Positions 29,881 through 43,018 of a stretch of 64,000 bases of DNA are shown here, piece after piece. The number at the start of each line of letters is the position of its first letter. Within the stretch, counting starts at the first letter, position 1. The DNA is from Eledone cirrhosa (lineage: Eukaryota), in assembly GCA_964016885.1 (NCBI GenBank), contig OZ024741.1:164114001-164178000 (forward strand), written 5' to 3'. The notes below the pieces were generated by a model. That model was not told where the DNA came from. It saw nothing but the letters and a program-made list of their open reading frames with translations, and made no database searches. The translations under genes were made by a program, and so were the position numbers.

Positions 29881-30142
29881 TCCTTTGTCAGTGTTGAACA
29901 AAATGGCAACGATGGTTGCCAAACACTGTACGGCTAATAATTCGAGCTGTTTGTTTACAAACAAACCGAGCATTATAATAAATGTTCGGTAAACCCATAC
30001 GTACATATATATATATGTGTGCATGTATGTATGTATATACATACTTCTGTACGTCTGTATACATATATATATATGTACGTATACATACTTATATTTAAGT
30101 ATCAGCCGTACTAAGAGTGAGAAATGAAATTTCATTTTTTCC

Positions 30143-30189
<47 letters not shown>

Positions 30190-30192
<3 letters not shown>

Positions 30193-32405
30193 TTTACGTA
30201 TCGAGAAAGAGAGAAAAAAGGAGGGACAGGTGATACATATAGTTATTTGCCAAGTAGCGTATGCCAAAGGTGCTCGATACTAGTGCCGGCAGTATTAAAT
30301 ATTCGAAGTTTTAATATTTAGTGGGCTCGAGAGTTAGCAGAGCGTAAGCACGTGGGAAAGTAAAAAATCGGAGAATAGACCGTTAAAACATGTTTATTGA
30401 AAATATCACCTACGTACGTTTCGCCCAGTTGGGCTTCTCAAGGGCATAAACAGTCACAAGTGTTCCTTATATAGTTTGGAAAGAGATTTGGGGGTTAAAT
30501 CGACATCAAGATTCATTGTTCGCAAAAATATCTTGTTTTGATTTTGCAGCAGGTCAAGGGAGGTAACTTTGGCCGGTGTTAGGGCAGTCTTTCCCGGATA
30601 ATTTTTGGTATGCAGGGATCGTTTTCTGGGTGTTGTTTAGCTGCGCCTTCCCGCCGGGGTGTTAAGACTTGTTGCAGGGAGATCCAGTGTGTTATTTCAC
30701 TCTCCATTCTTAACCCATCTAAAGAAGGATATTTTTAAGCGATGTGTACAACTTATCGCTGTTTCAGCTCTGCTGTTGATGAGCTCGTGGGGTGCAGTTA
30801 TGATGTGGTAGAGCTCCATGAGGCAAAGATCGCATTTCCTCTTGAAGTTGTACGGTGTAGCCCTGTCGACAATCTCCCAGTGCGTGGAGAAGCTAATGTT
30901 TAAGTCCTTTAGTGATGTGATGTAGTCCGCGAGCGAGGTGGAGTGCTTTAGTTTTCTATTTGTGAAAGAGTGGAGATGTGTTCGAAACCTAATTTTGAAC
31001 GGGCCGGAGGTGGCCCCTATATAATGTTTAACGCTATTGTGGCTATTAATAGTGCATCTATATATAACCCTATCGGTCAAGCAGTATCCTCTAAGGGGGC
31101 ACCGTCCTCTGTCGCGGCAGTTGCAATTTCTGTCGCTGTTCCGTCTATTTCCCACGATAAGGCTATCATTGTTGCTGCCTACGTTGTTAGCTGTGCTACC
31201 GCAGCTGTCGTTAGCACAATTACAACCCACAGCACGCGGGATGGTGCGATTGTTATTCCGCACGCCATGTTTTGCATGCTCCCCAGTCACTTCGCGGTCA
31301 TTCTGGTTGCGTCTGCGGATGCCGTTGCCAACACTATTGGATGCTGTCTGGGAGTTGTTAAGGCCGATACAGTTATTGTCAGGTGTAGGTGCGTCTGCGT
31401 CGAGGTGCTGTATCTTGGTGATCTTACTGTGGTTCGTTGTTCCTATGATGTCTGCTAGGTTAGGAGTAGTAGAGAAGGATATTTTTATATTGTTCCTATT
31501 AAGAATTTTTCTATACCTATGGTTGGGTGGGAAGTTCTTCTCTAAGGCTTCGAAGAATATCCGGGGTATGTTGGAGGCCACACTTCGAGAGTAGGGGGGG
31601 GGGGGAACCATAGGACGTTACGGTGGCGATTACGTGTCCTTGTACTTTTGCTACGGGTGGTTCCATCTAAGTGATCGCTCTTATGTGTGTTAATGCGCTG
31701 TCGCCCGTTCGGTGCCCCTTTCACTTTATGCTCGGGTGCACTCTTTCTACCACTTCCATGTTTATGTACACGAAGATGTTGGTTGGAAGGCGTTGGTAGT
31801 AGGCCGTCGCCTTTGTTGGTTTTGTAATAGGGGAATAGTTTGAGTAATCTACAGTATTCACCGTCGCCGGGGACGTGATCTTTGGTGCGGTTATCTATTC
31901 TATTATATCCGACTTCAACGAGGTCGCCGCGTGATCGGTTATAGGTATGGCTTACTATAACGTTAGTTTTATGAGGGGGGTGGTTTCTAGAGCTAGCGTT
32001 AGGGATGTAGGAAATTCCTCGGTTAAAGCCGGCGCTTATCAGGGCCCTATTGTAGTAATCAGCCGCTTGGTTGAAGATATCCTCATTGGCGGATAGTCTC
32101 GAGATTCTATGTGAGATACTATAGACTATGGAGTTGAGAGTCTGCTTAGGGTGGTTGGAGGCATAATTAATATAAGAGAGGCACTCTCCAGGCTTATGGT
32201 ATGGCTTGTATAAGCCCGTACTCAACTCCAGGGTCACGTCCAGGAAGTTGACAACCCTGTGGTTGAGGTCCATAGTTACGGATAGGCCGTATGACTTAAA
32301 GAACCTGTGTATATGTTTGTTAAGGTTCTCTATCCTACGGGGGCTATGGTTCCTAACGGTAAACAAGGCGTCGTCCCTATATACACCTCCTTGTAGGGCC
32401 GGTAT
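30190..32405 (-). mobile_element. PLE (Naiad type), 5'-truncated; RT C-half + GIY-YIG with one frameshift
   Basis: GVYRDD, VVNFLDVTL and SNHP in ORF 31542..32684. CNCRDRGRCPLRGYCL, YIGAT and CDLC in ORF 30697..31611. The frame changes at a G12 run near 31594-31605. Confidence 0.92.
30405..30447 (-). ncRNA. Hammerhead motif, U3-A8 variant (short stem I)
   Basis: GCCC-TTGAGAA-GCCC-AACT-GGGC-GAAAC-GTAC-GTA|GGTG. Confidence 0.6.
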
Positions 32406-32406
32406 T

Positions 32407-32804
<398 letters not shown>

Positions 32805-33014
32805 TATATATATAAACCCGTAGAGCAAATATTTATTATAAGAACAGATTAAAGTTTAAGCAAAGAATTGCTGCTTTCCCCATTTAACGGGATCTTCTGA
32901 AACTAAAAAAAATCAATCTGTGGACGCAGAAGTAAATATTTCGAAAAACGTTAGAACCGAAGGAAAACAGGAAAACGATACTATGGTTCGGCAATGAACA
33001 GAAAAAAGCGAGCA

Positions 33015-34014
33015 TAATGGCTGCTTTGGTCTCCGGGGTCCGAACTCGCTGGCTTTGCCGGCGTTTCTTTCATCGGTAACCTCATGCCGTGTCCATGTCA
33101 GCAGGGTTCTTCGAAACACAATAGAAGCCTCTGTGTTCAGGGAACGTGAGGTCGCCTGTGAGACGTGGGACTTAGCCCAGTAGACGTCCCTCCTCATTCT
33201 CCCCCTGCTGACGTTAAGTCCCCTCAAAGCGTATGGGATGCCATCCAGTGCAGCCTGGCCTCAGACAGTCTCACGCGCGAGATCGACCAGAACCGCCTTG
33301 CCTGTTTTCGCGCGGCCTGCAAACCCCACAGCGGTGCCTGGCTCCATGCCTTGCCCTCCTCCACTGGTACGCAGCTCGATAACGATAGCCTGCGCATCAG
33401 CGTTTCCTTCAGGCTTGGACTCCGGATCTGCGAGCCACATAAATGTCGCTGTGGATCCACCGTGGACTCTTTCGGCCTCCACCCGCTTTCCTGTCGCCAC
33501 GGTGCCGACCGCCTTCCACGCCATGCTGCCCTAAACGAGGTCATTAAGCATGGCTTGGACGCTACAGGCTTCCCCTCCCAGCTCGAGCCGGTGGGGCTAG
33601 ACGGAGGGGATGGCAAAAGGCCAAACGATATGACCATCTTCCCGTTCCACGGTGGCAAACCCCTCGTCTGAGATGCCACTTGCAGCGACACTTTCTCCAG
33701 CCGCATCCTGGTGCAGTCTGCGACTAACCCAGGTACTGCTGCATGTCGGGCTGAGGAGGCCAAACTCTTCAAGTACCGGTCGCTCTCCGACAGGTTTGCG
33801 GTCGTGCCCTTGGCAGTGGAGACTTCTGGGGTCCTTGGCCCTAGAGCTACCTCTCTGTACACCACCATAGCCGCTGAGCTGGCCAGCCGCAGGTGTGAGC
33901 CTCACGAGTTGGAATGGCTCTTCCAGCGCATCTTCCTTACCATCCTCCGGTGAAACACCTTCTCCATCCTGTCCGCCGAGGCTGTGGGGAGGCCAGCACG
34001 TGGGACCCCATTTG
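33015..34014 (+). mobile_element. CRE-clade non-LTR retrotransposon 3' fragment
   Basis: SGAWL, RLGL, KCRCG...HPLSC, RHAALN, KRPND, KLFKY and PLAVETSG, with in-frame stops. Confidence 0.88.
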
Positions 34015-34478
34015 CTCACCATACGGATTAATAGACAAAGTTATAAACATAGAAGAGCTTTCAAACTTAACTTTTGATTTCAAAACTTAATGCATTGCAC
34101 TTTCCTTTAGTGTTCCCATCTTTCAATAGAAGAGACAGTATAAATACAAAAAATTGTAACAGAACCGTGCGTGTGATAAGTAAAAAAAAGACATTATCAG
34201 AGATCTGATACAGTTAAACCTATAGACTCTACACTAAATAAACAATAATAAAGTCTCATTTTAATGTCAGAAAAAAAAAATTACGTCGTTATGTGGAGTG
34301 ATGAGAACAATTTCTTGTGGAGTCGTTAGACTAATATTCTATTTAGAATAACCGAATGATTTCCCATAAATAGAGATGATATAAAGTATATATCTTTCGT
34401 TTATTACTATTATTATTATAATATACTATATGTCAACCCTCGTGGTTAATAAAGAAAACATTACTATTATTATTATCA

Positions 34479-37400
34479 CTAGCAGAATAACCGCCCTTCA
34501 GGCGGTTTTCTGCCTACATATATAGTGTGTATATTGATATACGCAAATATATATGCACATAGATATAATACGTAAATTGACAATATGCACATAAACTGAA
34601 CACAGGCCCCTTTCATTTAATATTTTTATATTTTCTTTTTTTGCAACATACATCTGACCATGTGAGAAGAATTGTGTTGGTAGATATACACCTATCTTTT
34701 TAAATGTCTGCCCTTGTGCCTTGTTGCATGTAAGGGCAAACGCTGGTTTGACAGGAAATTGCTTGCGAGTAAAGGTGAAAGGGAACTCAAGCTCTTGAGA
34801 CACATGTGGTATCCTTGGGATTAGCAACCTTGTTCCAGCATTGGGACCCAATGCCACTTCAGCTTCAATTACATGATTATGTAAACTGATGATGATGTAG
34901 CTTGTACCATTGCAATGCCTGTTTAGAGGATCCAGATTTCTCAGAAGCATGATGCAACAGCCTTTCTTCAGTTTAAGTATGTGTGTTGAGAATCCTGATG
35001 GGGTAAGTTTGTTGATGAACTCAATTGGATATTGCAGTTCATTATCTACTGTGTCAGAGCTTCTGTAGATTATTTCATGACCAGGAAACTTGTTGACCAT
35101 GAACTCATTCACCAATCTTGCTGCATCAGTTGTTGCAGTGATAATGGCTCCATTTGCAAGCCATAGTGGGTTTGTTTAGTTTCCTGGAAGATTTGTATAC
35201 ACAAAATTACACAATGCAGACACATTACCATATTCCAGACAAAGTTCATTTGGCAGAAGAATTGTGAATGCACCTACAGTTGGAACAGTTGGAATGTAAC
35301 CATTTCCCACATCAAGAAGGTAGTTTAAAAACTGTCTTTCATAAGAATCCTCTGCATTAATTAACCGTTGATTGGTTGTCATCTCCATGGTTTCCACATA
35401 GTCCCAAAGATAGGATCTCTTGATGGTTGCCTCAACTATTTGTGGTCTAGCACCATGACGTACAACTGGAAGAATTTGCTTCCAGTCACCAGAAAGTAAT
35501 ACTGTTAGACCACCAAATGGCTTTTTGCAATCTCGAACATCTTTGAAGCTCCTGTCAAGGCATTCAAAGATATGCTTAGGTCTCGTAGTTATCTCATCAA
35601 TGATTAGCAGGTCAGCTTGCTGCATAAGTTTACCTGTGTCATCCCTCTTTATGAAGAAGCAAGTTGATTCAGCAGTCACATTGAGAGGTATCTTGCACTT
35701 GGAATGAAGAGTTCTACCTTTGTGAAGCAAAGTGGCTGCTATTCCAGACTGGGCAGTGGCAAGTGCAATTTTTTTTTTAGATCGGAGGTAATCCAATAGG
35801 ATGTTTATGACATAGGTCTTTCCTGTACCTGCACTTGCATTCAAGCAGAAAACTATGCCTTTATTTTCGTTTACAGAGGTGATTACTTCGGGGAAAATAA
35901 CCAGTTGCTCAGGATTCAGTGTTGGCAGAAGTTCATTTATGTTTGCTTGCAGTTGGTGTGTATTGAAATCAATTTCTGCCATAAGAACCCTGTTGATTTC
36001 TGGTATGGCAACAATAGTTGGGTCTGGCCAAGGAAGTCCATAGTTGGCATGAATGTCCAAGCCATCATGTTGAAGTCTTTGTTGGATCTTCTGTAGAACA
36101 ATCTGCACGGTTTGACTGGATTGACTTGCTCATGATGTTCATGCATGATATCCTCTGCAAGACAATTCTTCCATTTCTCCCAGAACTGCAGAGGGTCATT
36201 TGGCAGCTGTACAATAAAATGGTGCAGCAGACCTCTCGTAGCTGAGGACCAAGCGTAATGGATGAGGCCTCTTCCATAGCTTTGTCTTTTTCTCCATCTT
36301 CATCTAACAGACCAAGTTTCCTGCATGCTTCTTGGAATCTTGGAAATTCAACTCCTTCAATTGTCCTCAAATCTTTGTATGAAGTTGACCTAGCTTTGTG
36401 ATGTAGGATCATCCTGAGGTAATATAATTCAGATTGATGTCTACTGAGAGATACTGTTGGAATGTGTCGAAGAGATTCACTCATAGATTGTTGATCACCA
36501 TCCAGGTGTCCCTTTTTTCTTCTTTGCCACTTTTTGTTTGTCCAAGTGAAATATTTAGGAATATCAATATACAATATGTTTTGTGCCAGTGGATCTCTAA
36601 TATTCAGTTGAAAATATTCCGTCAACTTAGTCATTGGCTGTCCCCTAGAAACAATACTTTCTTCCTGCCCTCTCTCATACACGACTATTTGTTCCCCAGG
36701 TAAATGGCAAGGAAACTGTTCAACTGGTGGTTTTCGATGATGTAATGGAAATTTATAGATTCTCCGGAATGATTCACTGGCTGAGATGTACCATGCATTG
36801 ATATAGGTCTCAATCTCATTTTGGGCATGGACACAATTTACTTGATCATCCTTAATAGTGAAAGTGATCTTGTCTGATCCTTTTGTGATGTACTTATATA
36901 AGTACTTAATAGCCTTGACACTGGACAACCTCACAATTGATGTGGCACTGATATCTCAATGAGAGGAAAGGGTTGTATGGAACAATCCAACGATTATCAA
37001 CAGTAAATTCTTGACCTTTAAGTTGGATTGTATGGGTGTGACCACCGTGCTGTCTATCCGTTCTTCTATATTCCAGAAAGGAATTTTCGGCAACAAATGT
37101 GGTTTGTCTGAATGCCTTGGGATAACTTTTTGAGCAATGGCGTCGTTGTCCTAGCTCTTCCATACATGAGCACATCATATTAGCTTGTCCACATGGGTCA
37201 TGAATGTTGCAGGATGTGATGATCTTATGCAGAATTCGATTGGTCTCTTTAGCAGAAATCACACAGTACACTACCTGATCAATGGCATCAGCATTTTGGG
37301 GCTTGCTCTCTTCAGCCATTATCAGCAGAATATGAGCATGAGTGAGGCCTCGTTTTCTGCCACTCGATTATAGCAGAATGAGCCACAACTTTTCCTAGGA

Positions 37401-37760
37401 CATTTTTTTTTTCAGTATGTCATCCATGAGGCTATCATACTTGATCTTGAAGACTCTTGCACAAATATCAGGACGGTCTCTAGGTTCTTCACCAGGGTGC
37501 AAGCTATTTTTTATTTCATCCCAGTTAGGGTTAGTTGTTACCGGGATGAAATAAGATGGCTTTCCCATGTGTCGAACCACAGTCATCGAATTCTGAAAGC
37601 ACTCACTGTAGAAGCAAGGGGAACCATAGATTGAAGGAGGAAGAACAATTCTCCGGCCTGCACTTGTTTCAGACGTTAGATTATGCCCATGTTGGGGTAC
37701 CACGATTAAAGGATTTTCTTGACCTCAATTCCAGTACATATATTTTAAAATCTAGTACTT
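34479..37760 (-). mobile_element. Decayed autonomous-type Helitron (HUH Rep + Pif1 helicase), 5'-truncated
   Basis: Rep motifs VTTNPNW, RPDICARVF, frameshifted IEWQKRGLTHAHIL and YLYKYITKG. Helicase motifs AGTGKT, IIDE, GDWKQILPV, NKAQGQT and FSHGQMYVA. 3' hairpin AACCGCC-TGAA-GGGCGGTT + CTAG|T. Confidence 0.95.
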
Positions 37761-37994
37761 ATTTTATTGATCTCTTCTATTCTCTTTGAAACGTGTGTGT
37801 GTGTGTCTATGTCTTCATATGTATGATGGTACCCTATCGCTTGCGACGAGGATTCTTCCAGAAGGTTCTCAAATGGAACTGCCTAAAATTAAGGTGAGAG
37901 TGTCTGAGCATTCCATAGACACGTATAACGGAGGGTTTCAGGGTGGGACTACATTGGTTCTTCGACTTACTGGCAGAATACACTTTTTTTACTT

Positions 37995-38085
37995 CAGTGG
38001 AGAAAAGAAAGGCGAAATAAAGTGTCTTGCTCAAGAACACAACGCGCTGATGGGATTCGAACTCTCAACGTTACAATCACGAGAC
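37995..38085 (-). mobile_element. tRNA-derived SINE fragment (same family as 19893)
   Basis: Minus strand GAGTTCGAATCCC...TGTTCTTGAGCAAGACACTTTATTT. Confidence 0.6.
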
Positions 38086-38171
38086 ACACACACGGACATA
38101 AACGAACACATATGCACACATACACAGATACAGTAATATACATATGCACACACACACATAAGCAAACAATT

Positions 38172-38214
<43 letters not shown>

Positions 38215-38281
38215 TATAGATAGGTAAATATACACGGGTGTGTATGATTGTGTATAGAAGATTATATATGACAATGATGAA

Positions 38282-40468
38282 ATGCAAATTCTGTCAAAAG
38301 GACTGAAATTCACACCGACTCCAACAGTCAACCACCAAGAACTGAAGGAGGATACCCAAGAATTCTGTCGAAAATTACGTCTTGTAGAATTCTTCGCTGA
38401 TAAAAATAATGAGAGTGATGAATCACTAGTAAAGAATAAATCAAATTTCACTCCGCCAAAAGGAAGAAATATCTATCTCGACCAATACATTGACATCCTG
38501 TCTAAATTTCCTCTTAGACATAATACTAATGTTAGGCCAAACATTAACAAATCAGAAATGTCTGCACTTAAACGTATACAAAATGATAAAACAATAATAA
38601 TTAAACAAGCAGATAAAGGGGGTGCAGTTGTTATAATGGATACTGAATACTACAAGGATTTGGTTGAGGAACAACTGAAAGACACAACATTCTATCATGA
38701 AATACCGTCAAATATAGACCACAACATCATGAAGAAGATCAACAACCTGGCTTCAAAATACCACAACTCATTTACTGATAAGGAAAGAGACTACATCACC
38801 AATTTTGAGCCGAAACCCAGCAACCTGTATGGCCTACCGAAAGTTCACAAGTCAAAAGAAATACAACTGGCAGTAAGAGAACAAAACAGTGAGTACATTA
38901 AATTATTACACCCAAAAGACTTAAAACTTAGACCTATTATAGCTGGTCCAACATGCCCCACTCACCGTCTAAGCAATTTTGTTGACATTATTTTGAAACC
39001 ACTATGTATTCACATACCCAGTTTCATCCGGGATGATATCGACTTCCTGTCCCATCTTCCCAAAACCACGGAAACGAATTCACTTCTACTCAGTTTTGAT
39101 GTGGTAAGCCTTTACACCAACATTACACATGATTTAGGAATAAAGGCGGTTAAATACTGGGTGGAAAAACATAGAGAAGTGATTCCCATTAGATTCACAG
39201 CGCCATTTATATTAGACGCAGTTAAACTTATTCTGGAAAACAACACTTTCTTCTTCAATGGAAAGAATTACATCCAAATTAGAGGCACAGCGATGGGAAC
39301 GAAGTTTGCTCCCGTTTACGCGAACTCTGTAATGGGATACTTAGAACAACAACTCTACCAAGAAATAGAGGAAAAATATAGTACTGACTTTAGAAAGTAC
39401 ATTGAAAAATCTTGGAAGAGATACCTTGACGACTGTTTCATCATCTGGACAGAATCTCTAGATACTCTGGATGAGTTCAATATCCTCCTGAATAACCTAC
39501 ACCCATCTCTCCAATTCACAAAAGAGATGAGTAGGACCAAATTACCATTCCTAGATATAATGATAATCAAAAACGACACCACCATTACCACGGATATATA
39601 TTATAAACACACAGACACCCATCAATATCTGAATTTTAAGTCGTGCCATCCACCTCATACAAAACGCAACATCCCATACTGCCTAGCCAGAAGAATTTGT
39701 ACCATTGTAGAAGATACGAATACCAGGTACAAACGCCTAACAGAACTAAGAGAATTTTTGCTCAAACAAAAATACCCATCTCTACTTATAGAAAATGGCA
39801 TACAGCGGGCTATAAAAATACCTATACAACAACTTAGGACAACCCAAGGAAGAAGAAACCAAGAACTGGTCATACCATTTATAATGACACACAACCCATG
39901 TCACCAGAATATCTTCAACACTGCCAAAGCAAACCTACCGATCATTGCTCAAAGTAATGAATTAAAAGGCTTAATCACAGATCGATCTTTGACTCTTAGT
40001 AAAAGACAGCCAAAAAATTTGAAGCAATTGCTAACAAAAGCAAAGTTTGACCTTAACAACAAAGACCAATCATTCACTGTATCTAAATGCAATGATAATC
40101 GATGCGGCACATGTCAATCCATACACGCCGGTCAATATATGAAAACAAAAACTGGAAAAATATTCACAAATGCAAATATGAACTGCAAAAGCAGAAATCT
40201 AATTTACTGCATTAAATGCCCGAATTGTGAAGAACTATATGTCGGTCAAACTGGAAATGCACTATCGGAACGTGCACGGGTACACCGTCAACAAATCAGA
40301 GACCCAAATGTCCGTCAGATACCCCTAAGCGGCCACCTGGCAACATGTGGTCAGGGAATATTTATAATATTCCCATTCTACAAATTACACAGCCCAAATG
40401 AAATCAAGAGAAAAATCAAAGAAAAGAATTTTATTGATAAATTCAAACCCAAGCTAAATGAACAATAA
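38282..40468 (+). CDS. Penelope-like reverse transcriptase + GIY-YIG endonuclease (Neptune/Penelope type), uninterrupted 728 aa, probably 5'-truncated
   Basis: RT: LSKGLKF, ADKGGAVV, YGLPKVHK, RPII, FDVVSLYT, GTAMGT, RYLDD, FLD and YYKHT. Endonuclease: CNDNRCGTC, NLIYCIKC..C..LYVGQT, R..H. Confidence 0.93.
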   Translation: MQILSKGLKFTPTPTVNHQELKEDTQEFCRKLRLVEFFADKNNESDESLVKNKSNFTPPKGRNIYLDQYIDILSKFPLRHNTNVRPNINKSEMSALKRIQNDKTIIIKQADKGGAVVIMDTEYYKDLVEEQLKDTTFYHEIPSNIDHNIMKKINNLASKYHNSFTDKERDYITNFEPKPSNLYGLPKVHKSKEIQLAVREQNSEYIKLLHPKDLKLRPIIAGPTCPTHRLSNFVDIILKPLCIHIPSFIRDDIDFLSHLPKTTETNSLLLSFDVVSLYTNITHDLGIKAVKYWVEKHREVIPIRFTAPFILDAVKLILENNTFFFNGKNYIQIRGTAMGTKFAPVYANSVMGYLEQQLYQEIEEKYSTDFRKYIEKSWKRYLDDCFIIWTESLDTLDEFNILLNNLHPSLQFTKEMSRTKLPFLDIMIIKNDTTITTDIYYKHTDTHQYLNFKSCHPPHTKRNIPYCLARRICTIVEDTNTRYKRLTELREFLLKQKYPSLLIENGIQRAIKIPIQQLRTTQGRRNQELVIPFIMTHNPCHQNIFNTAKANLPIIAQSNELKGLITDRSLTLSKRQPKNLKQLLTKAKFDLNNKDQSFTVSKCNDNRCGTCQSIHAGQYMKTKTGKIFTNANMNCKSRNLIYCIKCPNCEELYVGQTGNALSERARVHRQQIRDPNVRQIPLSGHLATCGQGIFIIFPFYKLHSPNEIKRKIKEKNFIDKFKPKLNEQ

Positions 40469-40843
40469 TAACGCCTAGGGGTATTACTTCTACTACCACT
40501 ATGACCACGACCACTAACAACAACAACAACAACAATAATAATAATAATAAAAGTGATGTTGATGGTGATGATTAATAGAAAATGCTATTTTCATCATTTC
40601 AAAAAAGCAAAACAATTGATACGTTGGATATGACTATTGGTCGTTAGCATGCTCAACCAGCCGTGACGCTTAAACCAATCAGCTGTAGTAATTCAGTGAA
40701 ACTACACACTGATTGGTCGAAATACAGTTTACAGGGCTTTGCATTCTGGAGCCACTTTTCTCTGCATAAAATGTATAAAAGGTAGGAAATTTACCCATCT
40801 CATTACAGTTGAAAATTGCAAACTCGACTGTCACCACATATCA

Positions 40844-40882
40844 TGAACCTGAAGATTGCGAAAGCATGAAAGTACTTGTTCA
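40844..40882 (+). ncRNA. Minimal type I hammerhead in the PLE 3' pseudo-LTR
   Basis: TGAAC-CTGAAGA-T-TGC-GAAA-GCA-T-GAAA-GTAC-TT|GTTCA. Confidence 0.8.
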
Positions 40883-41355
40883 ATTAACACTTAGAATTTA
40901 ATATTCTATCATACTATTTCATTATAATACCATTATATATATTTTAAAGGATTGTAAATAAAACGAGTAAATCAGACAAAGTTGGAATTCCTCTTATTAA
41001 TATATATATATATATACACATAAACACTTATGCACACACAGATATACACATATATACACACACACATATATATATATATACGTGTATGAATGAGTCTATG
41101 TACTTATGCAATGGTAAAAACAATATACACCTGTGGATTGAATCATTGGTTCTGTAGCAAATTATCCTTTCCTTATTTCCACATCTTCACATACATACAC
41201 ACAGCCACATATACAGATAACCACACTATCATCTATCTTTCTATCTACCTACCTATGTATTTACGTATCGATCTATCGATCTATCTATCTACCTGCCAAC
41301 CTACCTGTCTATCTACCTCTCTCTCTCACACACACAAGTATATCTATTCTAGAGA

Positions 41356-42408
41356 GTGTGTCTGTTAGATATATAATTGCATTTCAAGAATTACTAAAAA
41401 TTTGCAAGTTACTTCATCCGGGGAGGATTAATAATAGCTTCACTAACCTCGGAAGACGATTTGGGTGCAGTATGTATGTGTGTCTATATATAGATATAGA
41501 TATTCGCGCATGCGCAGTACGGACCGGCCTTCGCGCATGTGCAGTACGGACCAGCCTTCGCGCATGCGCACTTTAGACCAGCCTTCGGCATGCGCACTTC
41601 GGACCAGCCTTCGCACATCCCCTCTTCGAACCAGCCTTCGCGCATTCACAGTACGGACCAGCCTTCGCGCATGCGCAGGACGGACCAGCCTTCTCGCATG
41701 CGCAGTACGGACCAGCCTTCGCGCATGCGCACTTCAGACCAGACTATGCACATGCGCACTTCAAACAAGCCTTCGCGCATGCACAGTACGGAACAGCCTT
41801 CGCGCATACGCATCTCGGATAGCCTTCGCGCATGCGCACTTCGGAGCAGCTTTCGCGCATGCGCACTTCACCAGCCTTCGCGCATGCGCTCCTCAGACCA
41901 GCCTTCGCGCATGCGCACTTCGGACAAGCCTTCACGCATGCGCAGTATGAGCAGCCTTCGCGTGTGCGCAGTACGGACCAGCCTTAGCGCATGCGCACTT
42001 CGGACCAGACTTCGCGCATGCGCACCTCAGAAAGCCTTCGCGCATATCACTTCGGACCAGCCTTCGCGCATGCGCTCCTCCGACCAGCCTTCGTGCATGC
42101 GCACTTCAGACAAGCCTTCGCGCATACGCGGTAAGGGCAGCATTCGCATTACCGACCAGCCTTCGACATGCGCACTTCGGACCAGCCTTCGCGCCTGTGC
42201 TCTTCGGACAAGATTTCATGCATACGCACTTCGGACCAGACTTCGCCTATATATATATCTATGTATGAATGGATATATTTGTGTGTGTGTGTGTGTGTGT
42301 GTCCGTTAGATGTATTATTGCATTTCATGAATTACGAAGAATTTGCAAATTACTTCACCTGAGGAGGATTAATAATAGCTTCACTAACATCGGAAGACGA
42401 TTTGAGTG
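41356..42408. repeat. 27-bp minisatellite (41503-42247, ~27 units) between ~112-bp direct repeats
   Basis: Unit CGGACCAGCCTTCGCGCATGCGCA(GTA/CTT). Direct repeats at 41356-41467 and 42297-42408. Confidence 0.92.
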
Positions 42409-42534
42409 TGGTGTGGTATGTATGTGCGTGTGTATATATTTAAATATACATATATGTGTGTGTCTGTATCAGACATAATTTATATGCTATTACATTTATA
42501 TATATCTAACCAATGGGCGTACAACAGTCCTTAA

Positions 42535-43018
42535 TCTAAACTATAATAAAGTAAGAAGCGCGGGACTGCGTACGGTTTATAATGTTTTATCCCCTTAGTA
42601 AAATAAGTTGGATTACTTTGAATAAATAATGAATTAATATTACATAATTTATCTACTAAATTTCGTGGCTGTTCATTAAATATATTTTATTACTTATTTA
42701 AAGATTCACTTCTTTAAAATTTTCTAATGTCAACACTTCCGGTTAGCGATCGTTTAAATAAATATTCATATATTTCTGTCTCTAATTTTCTCCTAATGCA
42801 GTTTATATATATAATATCGTATTTTTTAATGTATCATGGATTACGTTACTGATTACATAAGACAGTGTAACACAGTCTTCGTTCAATTTCTGTGTATATT
42901 GTCAATTACGGTTTTATTTGATGTATCATATCAACATGCATATATACGTGTGTATAGTATCAATATACACACTACAAATGCTTGTAGAAAACCATCCGAA
43001 GGGTGGTTTTTCTGCTAG
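42535..43018 (+). mobile_element. Short non-autonomous Helitron
   Basis: A|TCTAAACTATAATAAAG at the 5' end and AAAACCATCCGAAGGGTGGTTTT-TCTG-CTAG|T at the 3' end. Confidence 0.7.

Noticed and set aside
33224-33868. Long antisense ORFs over CRE, CR1 and PLE elements (also 30970, 31037, 47172 and 53064)
   Set aside because: They are shadow frames of GC-rich transposon coding sequence.
41465-42309. Repetitive 161- and 256-aa ORFs
   Set aside because: They are a by-product of the 27-bp (9-codon) repeat.
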